DNA of 64,000 nt from Malacoraja senta (GCA_038087875.1 CM075989.1:5208001-5272000), one strand, 5' to 3'. Shown: positions 24,164 to 35,585, counted from the stretch's first letter. A program made the numbers and translations. The notes: a model not told the origin generated them from the letters alone.

Positions 24164-24429
24164 GGGTGGCAGGGTGGCGCAGCGGTAGAGTTGCTGCCTT
24201 ACAGCACCAGAGACCCGGGTTCCATCCTGACCTTGGGTGCTGTCTGTGCGGAGTTTGTACGTTCTCTCTGTGACCGCGTGGGTTATTCCTGCCACACTCT
24301 AAAGAAGTACAGGCTTGTAATTTGTCCCCAGTGTGTAGGATAGTGCTAGTGTATGAAGATCACTGATCAGCACGAACTCGGTGGGCTGAAGGGCCTGTTT
24401 CCGCGCTGTATCTCTAAACTAAACTAAAA
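24164..24429 (+). mobile_element. HE1-type V-SINE
   Basis: Head, core, (CTAAA)n tail. Confidence 0.85.
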
Positions 24430-24542
24430 TCTCAGCTATGTACATGAGCCCCAGAGATCGCTCTGTACGTCAAATCTGTTAAAAGTCTTGCCATTAAGTG
24501 TATACTTTCCCCCTTGCAGTTGGCCTACCAAAGTGCAATACC

Positions 24543-24890
24543 TGTGTATGAAGGAACTGCAGATGCTGGTTTAAACCACAGACAGACACAAAATGCTGGA
24601 GTAACTCAGAGGGTGAGGCAGCATCTCTGGAGAGAAGGAATGGATGACATTTCAGGTCGAGACCCTTCTAAAGTCTGAAGAAGGGTCTCGACTCGAAACG
24701 TCACCCATTCCTTCTCTCCAGAGATGGTGCCTGTCCCGCTGAGTTACTCCAGCATTTTGTGTCTACCTTCGATTTAAACCTGCATCTGCAATTCTTTCCT
24801 AGACAAGGAACTGCAGATGCTGGTTTAAACTGAAGTTAGACACAAAATGCTGACTGTCCCGCTGAGTTACTCCAGCATTTTGTGTCTATT
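24543..24890. repeat. Palindromic Penelope-derived mini-element plus a shorter deleted copy
   Basis: About 125-bp arms inverted around CTGAAGA...GAAAC cores at about 24640-24710. Confidence 0.8.
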
Positions 24891-25187
24891 TTCTGATATT
24901 TTTCAATCTGGACTGCGAACTGTTAAGAAGGTGCAAACAATTTGGCATCATGCTACTCAGCTCAGTCAGTTCCCCAGTCTTGGACCTTCCTGATTCATGT
25001 AGTCTTGTCTTGTGGCTCTGCTGACAACAGAGTATTGTGCGGATTGGTGTCAGCTGCTTGCTTCTGTGGTCTGACGTGCTCATTTCTTTTTAACACTAAA
25101 ATTATGCTGAGAATGGACATTCTTGCGAAACCTCTGAAACAAATTAAAAATATAACATCAGTGATACAGCTATAATCATCATTTGAC

Positions 25188-25791
25188 CTGGGTCGGGCGA
25201 AGCGGCCGACGGCGCCCGCGGCTGGGGCCCGGACCGGCACCACAGGGGCGTGAAGTGGCGCATCAACAGTGGTGAGGCCTAGGCGGTGGTGAAGCCTCAC
25301 GATGATGGGGCCTTGTCGGTGGTGAAGCCTCACGATGATGGGGCCTTGTCGGTGGTGAAGCCTCACGACGATGGGGCCTTGTCGGTGGTGAAGCCTCACG
25401 ATGATGGGGCCTTGTCGGTGGTGAAGCCTCACGATGATGGGGTCTTGTCGGTGGTGAAGCCTCACGATGATTGGGCCTTGTCGGTGGTGAAGCCTCATGA
25501 CGATGCGGCCTTGTCGGCGGTGAAGCCTCGCGGGTTGAACCAGGGTCGATGGTCGACGAGAGCGTGGAGGACCGCCGTGAGGGAGGTGGGGGAGGACAAT
25601 GGAGGGCCCGGCGTTGGGGTGGGGGTGGGGGTGGGGGTGGGGGTGGGGTGGGGTGGGGGGGGCACAAAAGGGGGAGCCAGCGTGCTTTGTAACTTTGTCA
25701 GCGCTGCTATTAGTACACATTGTGTATTCAAGCCAAGAATCTCACTGGATCTAGTCACATGTGACAATAAAGTATTCCTATTCCTACTCCT
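25188..25791 (+). mobile_element. GC-rich non-autonomous element with 33-bp minisatellite and (GGGGGT)n tract
   Basis: About 7.5 copies of GGTGGTGAAGCCTCACGATGATGGGGCCTTGTC at 25284-25530; TGACAATAAA tail with (TATTCC)n. Confidence 0.65.
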
Positions 25792-25907
25792 GAAATATCA
25801 TTGCTGGAAACATCATCTCTGTGTTGTGTCTCCGTGGATGCTACTTAACCTGCTGAGTATTTGAATTTTATGATCTCAATTTTACTGAGCCAATGCTCAG
25901 CGCTGAG

Positions 25908-26612
25908 CACTTGCATCTCCTCCAACCTCATCTACTGTATCCGTTGTTCTCGGTGTGGGCTCCTATATATCAGCGAGACCAAGCGCAGACTGGGTGATCA
26001 ATTTGTTGAGCACTTACGCTCAGTCTGCCTTGGCCTACGAATTGATCTCCCGGTTGCCAAACACTTTAACTCCCCTTCCCATTCCCACACTGACCTTTCT
26101 GTCCTGGGCCACCTCCACTGTCAGAGTGAGGCCACACGCAGCCTCATGTTTCGCTTGACCAGCTTCCACCACAGCGGTATGAACGTTGATTTCTCTTCTG
26201 ATGCAGCTAGTGGAGATAGACACAAAAAGCTGGAGTAACTCAGCAGGTCAGGCAGCATCTCTGGAGAAAAGGAATAGGTGACGTTTCGGTCGAGATCCTT
26301 GTTCAGACTGAGAGTCAGGGGAGAGGGAAACGAGAGATATGAACAGGAATATAGAACAAATGAATGAAAGGTATATAGGAAAGGACAAATCAAAGCCAGC
26401 AACGATGAGCAAGGAAAGGTGGAGCTCACAATGGTCTGTTGTTGGCTGTGGGGTAGGTGATAATGAGTTATACTGGCAGTGAAACTCAGCAGGACGACAG
26501 TGAAACTAGTACGACGACTAGGGTGGGAGAGAGATGGAGGGAGAGGGGATGCAGGGGTAACCTAAAGATAGAGAAATCAATATTCATACCGCTGGGTTGT
26601 AAGCTGCCCAAG
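25908..26612. mobile_element. Penelope-like element with inverted 3' portion
   Basis: + strand GIY-YIG remnant (LIYCIRCSRCGLLYISETKR) to about 26198, then minus-strand ORF end and terminal repeat at 26215-26612. Confidence 0.8.
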
Positions 26613-27559
26613 CTAGTGGAACTGGCCCTCCCAGCAGAGAGGCCTGGGTTCAATCCTAACCTCAGGTGCTGTCCGCGTGATGTTGGCACATTCTCCCTGT
26701 GACTGGCGGCTTCCCTCCGAATGCTCCGGTTTTCTTCCACGTCAGAAAGTCATGCAGGTTTGTAGGTTCAGTTGCCCCCTGGTGTGTAAGTGAATGATAG
26801 AATCTGAGGGGAGTGAACAAGAATGTTTGGAGTGAATAAACAATGGGATGAATATAAAATTAGTGTAAATAGCTGATTGGTGGTCAGCAGGGATACAGCG
26901 GGCTGAAGGGCCTGTGCTATCCCTCTCAGTGACTCTAGTTCAGTTTAGTTTATTGTCACGTGTTCCGAGGTACAGCGAAAAGCTTTTGTTGCGTGCTAAC
27001 CAGTCAGCAGAAAGACAATACATGATTACAATAGACAATGGGTGCAGGAGTAGGCCATTCGGCCCTTCGAGCCAGCATCGCCATTCAATGTACATGATAA
27101 GGGAATAACGTTGAGTGCAAGGTAAAGCTAGTAAATTTCTGATCAAAGATAGACCAAGGGTCACCCATGAAGTAGACAGCAGTTCAGGATTGCTATCCAT
27201 ATACCATTTACTCTCCCCAATGAGAATGGGAGTTTATATATTTTGCGAGGACATCTGAAATGTGAAGCGTTGACCTATGAGTGCTCGATCAGCCAGTACT
27301 GAAGCAACTATCCCGTGATATATGTTTCCGTGAGTGTGCTCTTGACAACATGCCCAGACTGGGAAATTATGTCTGCACCAGCAATCCTCACAGACATAAA
27401 CACAACATAGCCTCCCCCACCCACACTCCCACCTCGACCTTGATCGAAGGAACCCACTTGGAAAATGACTTGTTTTATTGCATGGGAAAACACAGTTCAG
27501 CGACTGTCACATCTTTCTGCTATTTTAAAGGGTTCACAAGCGTTATTCAATTAAAAGAT

Positions 27560-27815
27560 TGACGCAAAATGCTGAGGTAACTCAGCGGGACAGGCAGCAT
27601 CGCTGGCGAGAAGGAATGGGTGACGTTTCGGGTCGAGACCCTTCTTCAGACTGAGAGTCAGGGGAGAGGGAAACGAGAGATATAGATGATGATGCAGAGA
27701 GATACAGATACAGAGAGAAAAGATACGCAAAAAATGTAACGATGATGAAGGAATCAGGCCATGATCGGCTGTTTGCTAGATGAGAACAAGAACCTGGTGC
27801 GACTAGGATATTGCA
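27560..27815 (-). mobile_element. Penelope terminal-repeat fragment with intact hammerhead core
   Basis: Minus strand CTGAAGA-A-GGGT-CTCG-ACCC-GAAAC-GTC at 27619-27652. Confidence 0.75.
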
Positions 27816-27825
27816 GCCTTTCTTC

Positions 27826-28079
27826 AAAGATGATGCCCGACCCAGGAGACTGTTTGCGTGTTAGCCACAGAGGAAGATCTACAATCACATTTTACAATCG
27901 TTCCACACTTTTGGATTTCTACTCCAATGCACTTTATAGGCTTTACCTTGCATTAAACGTTATTCCCTTTATCATGTATCTGTACATTGCGGAGGACTCC
28001 ATTGTAATCATGTATTGTCTTTCCGCTGGCTGGTTCACTGTACCTCGGTACACATGACGACAAACTGAACTGAACTGAA
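27826..28079 (+). mobile_element. Bipartite (head plus tail) Rex/Babar-like non-autonomous element
   Basis: AAGATG head with YNRSTLL-type remnant joined directly to the common tail and (CTGAA)n. Confidence 0.5.
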
Positions 28080-28489
28080 GTGCTTCCATCTACATACATT
28101 ACTGTAATATGAACATTGCGAGGCTCCATTTCACCCAGATGTTATCTTATATTCCAAATTCAAAGCAGCTACAGGCTAGTTTACATTACGGTTACCACGA
28201 TGCAATGGCCCCAGAATTGTAACCATTATCCATTATATTCATGATCACTTCTACTTGAGATTTTCATGTAATTATACAAAGCAATTCCCAAAACGTTGAT
28301 TTAGTTTAAAAAATCTGGAATCCCATGTAATGGGAATGGAATTTGATTTTTAAAAAAGCAACGGCAGTAATTATTTTTAATTAAGTCAGCTTTTGGGATT
28401 ACGTTAAAAATATACTGGCTTAATAACAGGTCGTAGAGGAATAGGGCTGAGACTGAAGGTGGTTTTAAGTGAAAACAGAAAGACAAACA

Positions 28490-28910
28490 GTGGGAAAGAT
28501 AGGGTGGGGAGGGGGAGAGAAGGGAGGAGAGGGAAGGAGATGGAGAGGGGAGGGGGAGAGAGGGGGAGGGGGGTGGGTGGAGAGATGGAGGGGTTATGGC
28601 TGGGGGGCAGAGAGAGAGGGAAGGGGATAGAGGGGAAGGGAGGGGGAGAGGGAGGGAGGAAGAGAGAAGGGGAGAGGAGGGAGGAAGTGAGAGAGAGAGA
28701 GAGAGAGGGAGAGTGAAGTAGGGAGAGAGGAGGTAAGAGGGAGGGGGAGAGATGCAGAAAGAGAGGGGGGTGGAAGGAAAAGAAGGGAGAGAGGGAGGGG
28801 TGGGGAGAAGGAGGGAGGGAGAGAGGGGGAGAATGGGAGGGATGAGAGGGATGGGGGTAGGGAGAGAAGGAGGGAGGGAGAGAGGGTGGAGAGCGAGTGA
28901 GAGTGATGGG
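28490..28910 (+). repeat. Polypurine (GA-rich) low-complexity tract
   Basis: Almost only G and A on the + strand. Confidence 0.95.
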
Positions 28911-28976
28911 CAGTGGAAGGAGCAGCAGCCGGGGGTAATCGCCTTGTCCCAGCGCCCAGTGCCGGAGCCCAGGGCA

Positions 28977-29281
28977 GGGTGTGTGTGTGTGTGTGTGTGG
29001 GTGTGTGGGTGTGTGGGTGTGTGGGTGTGTGTGGGTGTGTGGGTGTGTGGGTGTGTGTGGGTGTGTGGGTGTGTGGGTGTGTGGGTGTGTGTGGGTGTGT
29101 GTGGGTGTGTGGGTGTGTGGGTGTGTGTGGTTGTGTGGGTGTGTGGGTGTGTGTGGGTGTGTGGGTGTGTGTGGTTGTGTGGGTGTGTGTGTGTATGTGT
29201 GTGTGTGTGTGTATGTGTGTGTGTGTGTGTGTGTGGGTGTGTGTGTGTGTGGGTGGGTGTGGGTGGGTGTGTGGGTGTGTA

Positions 29282-29313
<32 letters not shown>

Positions 29314-29320
29314 TGTGTGT

Positions 29321-29359
<39 letters not shown>

Positions 29360-29492
29360 TGTGGTGTGTGGGTGTGTGTGGGTGTGGGTGTGTGTGTGTG
29401 TGTGTGGGGGTGTGTGTGGGTGTGTGTGTGTGTGTGTGTGTGTGGGTGTGTGTGTGTGTGTGTGTGGGGGTGCGTGTGTGTGTGCGTGTGTA

Positions 29493-29528
<36 letters not shown>

Positions 29529-29535
29529 TGTGTGT

Positions 29536-29601
<66 letters not shown>

Positions 29602-29611
29602 GTGTGTGTGT

Positions 29612-29679
<68 letters not shown>

Positions 29680-29697
29680 GTGTGTATGTGTGTATGT

Positions 29698-29758
<61 letters not shown>

Positions 29759-29799
29759 TGTGGGTGTGTGTGTGGGTGTGTATGTGTGTGTGTGTGTAT

Positions 29800-29840
<41 letters not shown>

Positions 29841-29907
29841 TGTGTGTGTATGTGTGTGTGTGTGTGTGTGTGGGTGTGTGGGTGTGTGTGTATGTGTGTG
29901 GGTGTGT

Positions 29908-29942
<35 letters not shown>

Positions 29943-29969
29943 TGTGTGTGTGGGTGTGTGTGTGTGTGT

Positions 29970-30044
<75 letters not shown>

Positions 30045-30169
30045 TGTGTGTGTGGGTGTGTGTGTGTGTGTATGTGTGTGTGTGTGTGTGTGTGGGTGTG
30101 TGTGTGTGTGTATGTGTGTGTGTGTGTGTATGTGTGTGTATGTGTGTGTGTATGTGTGTGTGTGTGTGG

Positions 30170-30242
<73 letters not shown>

Positions 30243-30639
30243 TGTGTGGGTGTGTGTGTGTGTGTGTGGGTGTGTGTGTGTGTGTGTGTGTGTGTTTGTG
30301 TGGGTGTGGGTGTGTGTGGGTGTGTGTGGGTGTGTGTGTGTTTGTGTGGGTGTGGGTGTGTGTGGGTGTGTGTGGGTGTGTGGGTGTGTGTGTGTGTGTA
30401 TGTATGTGTGTGTGTGTGTGTGTATGTGTGTGTGTGTATGTGTGTGTGTGTGTGGGTGTGTGGGTGTGTGGGTGTGTGTGTGTGTGTGGGTGTGTGTGGG
30501 TGTGTGGGTGTGTGTGTGTGTGTATGTATGTGTGTGTGTGTGGGTGTGTGTGGGTGTGTGGGTGTGTGTGTGTGTGTATGTATGTGTGTGTGTGTGTGTG
30601 TATGTGTGTGTGTGTGTGTGGGTGTGTGTGTGTGTGTGT

Positions 30640-30677
<38 letters not shown>

Positions 30678-30691
30678 GTGTGTGTGTATAT

Positions 30692-30737
<46 letters not shown>

Positions 30738-30744
30738 ATGTGTG

Positions 30745-30820
<76 letters not shown>

Positions 30821-30975
30821 TGTATGTGTGTATGTGTGTGTGTGTGTGTGTGTATGTGTGTGTGTGTGTGGGTGTGTGTGTATGTGTGTGTGTGTGTGTG
30901 GGTGTGTGTGTATGTGTGTGTGGGTGTGTGTGTATGTGTGTGTGTGTGTGTGTGTGTATGTGTGTGTGGGTGTGT

Positions 30976-31014
<39 letters not shown>

Positions 31015-31266
31015 TATGTGTGTGTGTGTGTGTGTATGTGTGTGTGTGTATGTGTGTGTGTGGGTGTGTATGTGTGTGTGTGGGTGTGTGTATGTGTGTG
31101 TGTGTATGTGTGTGTGTGTGTGTGTATGTGTGTGTGTGTGTGTGTATGTGTGTGTGTGTATGTGTGTGTGTGGGTGTGTGTATGTGTGTGTGTGTATGTG
31201 TGTGTGTGTGTGTGTATGTGTGTGTGTGTGTGTGTATGTGTGTGTGTGTATGTGTGTGTGGGTGTG
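28977..31266. repeat. About 2.3-kb imperfect (TG)n microsatellite with TGGG and TATG variants
   Basis: Direct inspection. Confidence 0.98.
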
Positions 31267-31389
31267 CTCGGTAATTGGAGCGGCAGGGAGAGGCGTGGGC
31301 AGGGAAGTCTGTGCCGCCCCACTCTGCCAGCAGCATCTCCAGTGAAGCGGGGAAGCTCACACACATACACACATACAGCAAGCAGCAAG
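31267..31389 (+). promoter_or_regulatory. Putative proximal promoter / 5' UTR
   Basis: GC-rich, CpG-containing unique sequence with a GC box (CCGCCC near 31314) directly upstream of the signal-peptide ATG. Confidence 0.45.
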
Positions 31390-31456
31390 ATGATGAACCC
31401 TGGCATGGCTCTCTTCTTCTTCATCATCAGTATCACCCTGGCCCGGGCATCCAGCG
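31390..31456 (+). CDS. Probable first coding exon of a secreted or membrane protein (signal peptide MMNPGMALFFFIISITLARASS, phase-1 intron)
   Basis: ATG with A at -3, hydrophobic core, small residues near the cleavage region (A-R-A, A-S-S), donor G|GTAAGG at 31456/31457, TE-free flanks. Confidence 0.65.
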
Positions 31457-32589
31457 GTAAGGCAGCTGCTCTGCAGCAACTTCACCCTCAATCTGATGCA
31501 TGTTTATTCGCTTTCACCAACTTTATATTGCATTGAGTCTTCTTTTCCCTGAGATCATCCGATCGCGTAGAGCAGGGCGTTTTATTAGAATAACCTCGTT
31601 TAAATCACCCATTCTCCCCACCCTTATTTTTAAAACCTGAGCGGCTGAGATGAGATCATCTGTAAAAGTGAATAACAAAAACATCCACAGCAGTTCTGGG
31701 GAAATTCACCCCCGGTAGATTTCTTAAAAAAAATATATTTTGTTGACTTTTCTTCAACAAAGAAGTGTCCCCTGGTTTATAACTGGACGTAAACAAGTGT
31801 CTCACTGCATTGAAATGATCCCCGTTGCTAATTCGGATTTGCAGTCTATAAAAAAAAAGTTCGGATAAGCCGCGTTTAAAATGGGAAAGGCATTCCCACT
31901 GTAAACCAGCCGAAGGGAACACACTATAAAGTGTTCTATATCCCTGGATTTCTTTGGGTGCGCTGAGAAATGAATCACGGATGCCTTTTAACAAGAGCAT
32001 ATGGGATGATTCACCCCCATTGGAAATTATTCCCAGGGCCGCTGCCTTTTATACAACTGAGGGAGTCAGCGTCTGGTATTACTTGGTGGGGTTTACAAAA
32101 GCGCTCCGGTGTTTTGACAACCGGTCTTTGCGTTTTATACGTGAGCGACCAAAAGACTGAGCCCACAGCTTTTTGTGTTTTAAAAAGAGCTGTTCTCTGA
32201 AAATAGTGACTCGGGAATAGATTCCCAATACGTCCAGGGAGTGAGACGCTGCTGGAAAGGTATTCTGATCTTCCCAGCTTATTTTTAAAATTCAAAACTA
32301 TACATAGACTGACTGGAACTGCTTTTATTTGTGAATGGATGTTATAAAAGTGTGAATACTTTGTCTAGATGAGCAAAGAACAGAAACTATGGAGTCCCCC
32401 CAAAGTCTATTTCTATGGTGTTATCACCCCATAAAAACAAATATTGATACATATTTACTCATAAGTACTCAGTTCCATATTGTCAGTTGACAAGTTTATT
32501 ATTTTCATAAACACGGAAATACAGTGAAAAGCTTTGTACAGCATGATATCCAATCTGATTAGATAATGCAAGACATAGATACAACCAAT

Positions 32590-32815
32590 TGTTTAAGAAG
32601 GAACTGCAGATGCTGGAAAATTGAAGGTAGACAAAAAGTGCTGGAGAAACTCAGCGGGTGCAGCAGCATCTGTGGAGCGAAGGAAATAGGCAACGTTTCG
32701 GGCCGAATCCCGGAAGGAAATAGGCAACGTTTCGGCCCGAAACCCTTCCGGGTTTCGGGCCGAAACGTTGCCTATTTCCTTCGCTCCATGGATGCTGCTG
32801 CACCCTTCTTCAGAC
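32590..32815. repeat. Rearranged palindromic Penelope-derived element
   Basis: Three GGCAACGTTTCGG / CCGAAACGTTGCC half-cores in mixed orientation. Confidence 0.7.
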
Positions 32816-33441
32816 ATAAATACAATCAAGCCAAACTCAAATACAATAGATAGAGCAAAGGGGAAGATACAGAGAGCAGAATATAATTAGAATCATTCTG
32901 AAGGAGGGTCTCGACCTGAAACGTCACCCGTCCCTTCTCTCCAGAGATGCTGCCTGTTCCGCTGAGTTACCCCAGCGTTTTGTGTCTATCTTCGATTTAA
33001 ACCAGCATCTGCAGTTCCTCCCAACACACTATGCAGAATATAGTTCTCAGCATTGTAGCGCATCAGTTGCAGAGACAAAATCCAATGTCCACAATGGGGT
33101 AGAGGTGAATCGGACTATACCCTAGCTAATGGAAGGACCGTTCAGAAGCCTGATAACAGAGGGGAAGAAGCTGTTCCTGTGAAAAAAAATAGTGTGCTTT
33201 GTCGTCAATAATAATTTTGTGCTGTAGTCCACATTAAATAGTCACTCTCTGAAGGAAGGAAGATACAGCAACAACTTACACATACCAAGTCCCCAGTATA
33301 ATAATGAACAGTTCCCTTGATCCAGCATGTTGGTTAAGAGACTGATGTTGACCAGGATACTAGATTGATTCCTTTGATTGATTTATACTTTATTATCATA
33401 TGTGACATGTCCCTGTGAAATTCATTGTTTTGCACGCCATG

Positions 33442-33680
33442 TGTGTAAGAAGGAACCGCAGGCGCTGGTTTAAACCGAAGACAGACACAAAATGCTGGAG
33501 TAACTCAGCGGGACTGGCAGCATCTCTGGAGAGAAGGAACGGGTAACGTTTCGGGTCGAGACCCTTCTGTCGGAGAGAGAAGGAGAACTTCTTCAAAATG
33601 GACATACTTTGGCCTCAACCCAAAACGTCACCCATTCCTTCTGTCCAGAGATGCTGCCTGTCTGTCCCGCTGAGTTACAA
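33442..33680. repeat. Palindromic Penelope-derived mini-element
   Basis: Inverted arms as at 24543. Confidence 0.7.
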
Positions 33681-34819
33681 GGTATTCATTATAATCCCCA
33701 ATGCTCCCTCTTTATTCTCAACACCACCCCCCCATCCCCCCCCCCCCCCCCCCACACGCCAGGACCCTATTTATTACTAGATACTAGATGTTTGGTACTA
33801 GATGAAACTCACCCAATAATTTTCTGCTTTTAATCATTATATTTAACATCCCAACTTGGTTCTCTCAGCTGAGAGGTAGTCAGTTGATTATCCCATCTGA
33901 AGGGTGGTAGACCCCAGCTCCACAGAGATGTACTGGAGTGAGAGCCTATTCTGTTAGTGGGACCACTGTTGCTCAGACTGAAAGGCAAGAGTGTTGTTAA
34001 CGGAGCCACAGCTGAAATTCATCTGGGATGGGGAAGTCAGCTAGTATTCTGGTACTTGATCTGGTATTTTGTTGGTTCACATGCTTGATCAATGGTGTTT
34101 TATCATTAATGCTTTATTATTATTAATGTTTAGTGTTTTCTGAGTCATTCGTAACTGTCACTGTATGTCATGTTGTTACTTGTGGGAGGAGCACCAAAGC
34201 AAATTCCTTGTATGTGAATACTTGGCAAATAACCTTACTTACTTACTTCCTTTTTTGGGGATCATTTTAACATTGTAATTGGTGTAAAGTAACTGTTTGT
34301 GAATGTCAACAAGGGCAATGTACACGAATGTTGCTGACAGTATTTGAACCACATTCTGGAGACTGAGCCACGGGCATCTCTCCTTGTTGCTTTCACAATT
34401 AGATTTGTCTTTAAAGGAGGTAAGGTTTGAACAAACTGTTGGGACATCATCTGAAAAGTGACCACGCCAAGCAATGTCCTTTGCACTTGACATAGACTGG
34501 GAAATGTGTTGGTATTTAGTTTAGCTTATCGTCATGTGTACCAAGTCAAGTCAAGTCAAGTTTTATTCATCACTTGCACATAAAGTGCAGTGAAATTAAT
34601 TAGAGATTGAACCGAGATACAGTGAAAAGCTTTTTGTTGCATGCTAACCAGTCAGCGGAAAGTCAATACCTGATTACAATCGAGCCATTTAGATTCTAAA
34701 TAAGGGAATAACGTTTAGTGCAAGGTAAAGCCAGTAAAGTCCGATAGTCTGAGGATCACCAATGATGTAGATAGTAGTTCAGGACTGCTCTCTTGTTGTG
34801 CTGGATAAGACAGTAAAAA

Positions 34820-35125
34820 CAAGGAACTGCAGATGCTGGTTTACAAAAAAAGACACAAAGTGCTGGAGTAACTCAGAGGGCTAGGCAGCATGTGTAGGAA
34901 GGAACTGCGGATGCTGGTTTACACCAAAGATAGACACAGAATGCTGGAGTAACTCAGCAGATCTGGCAGTATCTCTGAAGAAAAGGAATAGGTGACGTTT
35001 TGGGTCTGAAGAAGGGTCTCGACTCAAAACGTCACTACTCCTTTTCTCCAGAGATGCTGCCTGAGCCGTTAAGTTACTCCACCTTTTTGCGTCAGACAGC
35101 ATCTCTGAAGAAAATGTTCTCCAGC
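34820..35125. repeat. Nested Penelope-derived repeats including a palindromic copy
   Basis: AAGGAACTGCAGATGCTGG-type ends, degenerate core at about 35005. Confidence 0.65.
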
Positions 35126-35277
35126 TAAAGTATAATGATCGATGACAGATATGTGATTTTGTTGTAAGCTGGCTGGTAATGTCATGGTATGTCAGTGGGT
35201 ACTTGAATAAGTGGAACATGAAGAAGGTAGCAGGACTCTGATAGTCATGAGACCAGTTTTAACTGAAGAGATGGGAA

Positions 35278-35585
35278 GGGTGGCACGGTGGCACAACGGT
35301 AGAGTTTCCTCCTTACAGTACCAGAGACCCGGGTTCGATCCTGACTATAGAGTGCTGTCAGCACAGACGTTGTACGTTCTCCCCATGACCTGCGTGGGTT
35401 TTCCCCGGGCGCTCCGGTTTCCTCCCACACTCCAAAGACATAATGGTTTGTAGGATAATTGGCTTCGCTAAAAATGTGTAAATTGTTCCTCGTGTGTGCA
35501 GGATAGTGCTAGTGTACGGGATGTTTGCTGGTCAGCATGCACCCGGTGGCCCTGTTTCCGCGCTGTATCTCTAAACTAAACTGAA
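35278..35585 (+). mobile_element. HE1-type V-SINE
   Basis: Head with GGTTCGATCC, core, tail. Confidence 0.85.

Noticed and set aside
24995..25864. Repetitive ORFs, and CRISPR-like appearance of the 33-bp array
   Set aside because: Head-to-tail minisatellite with no unique spacers and no cas genes, in a vertebrate context; the ORFs arise because the unit length is a multiple of 3.
28301..31536. Five 800-1000 aa ORFs (His-Thr and Val-Cys repeats)
   Set aside because: Artefacts of translating the stop-free (TG)n and GA-rich tracts; only 31390-31456 looks genuinely coding.
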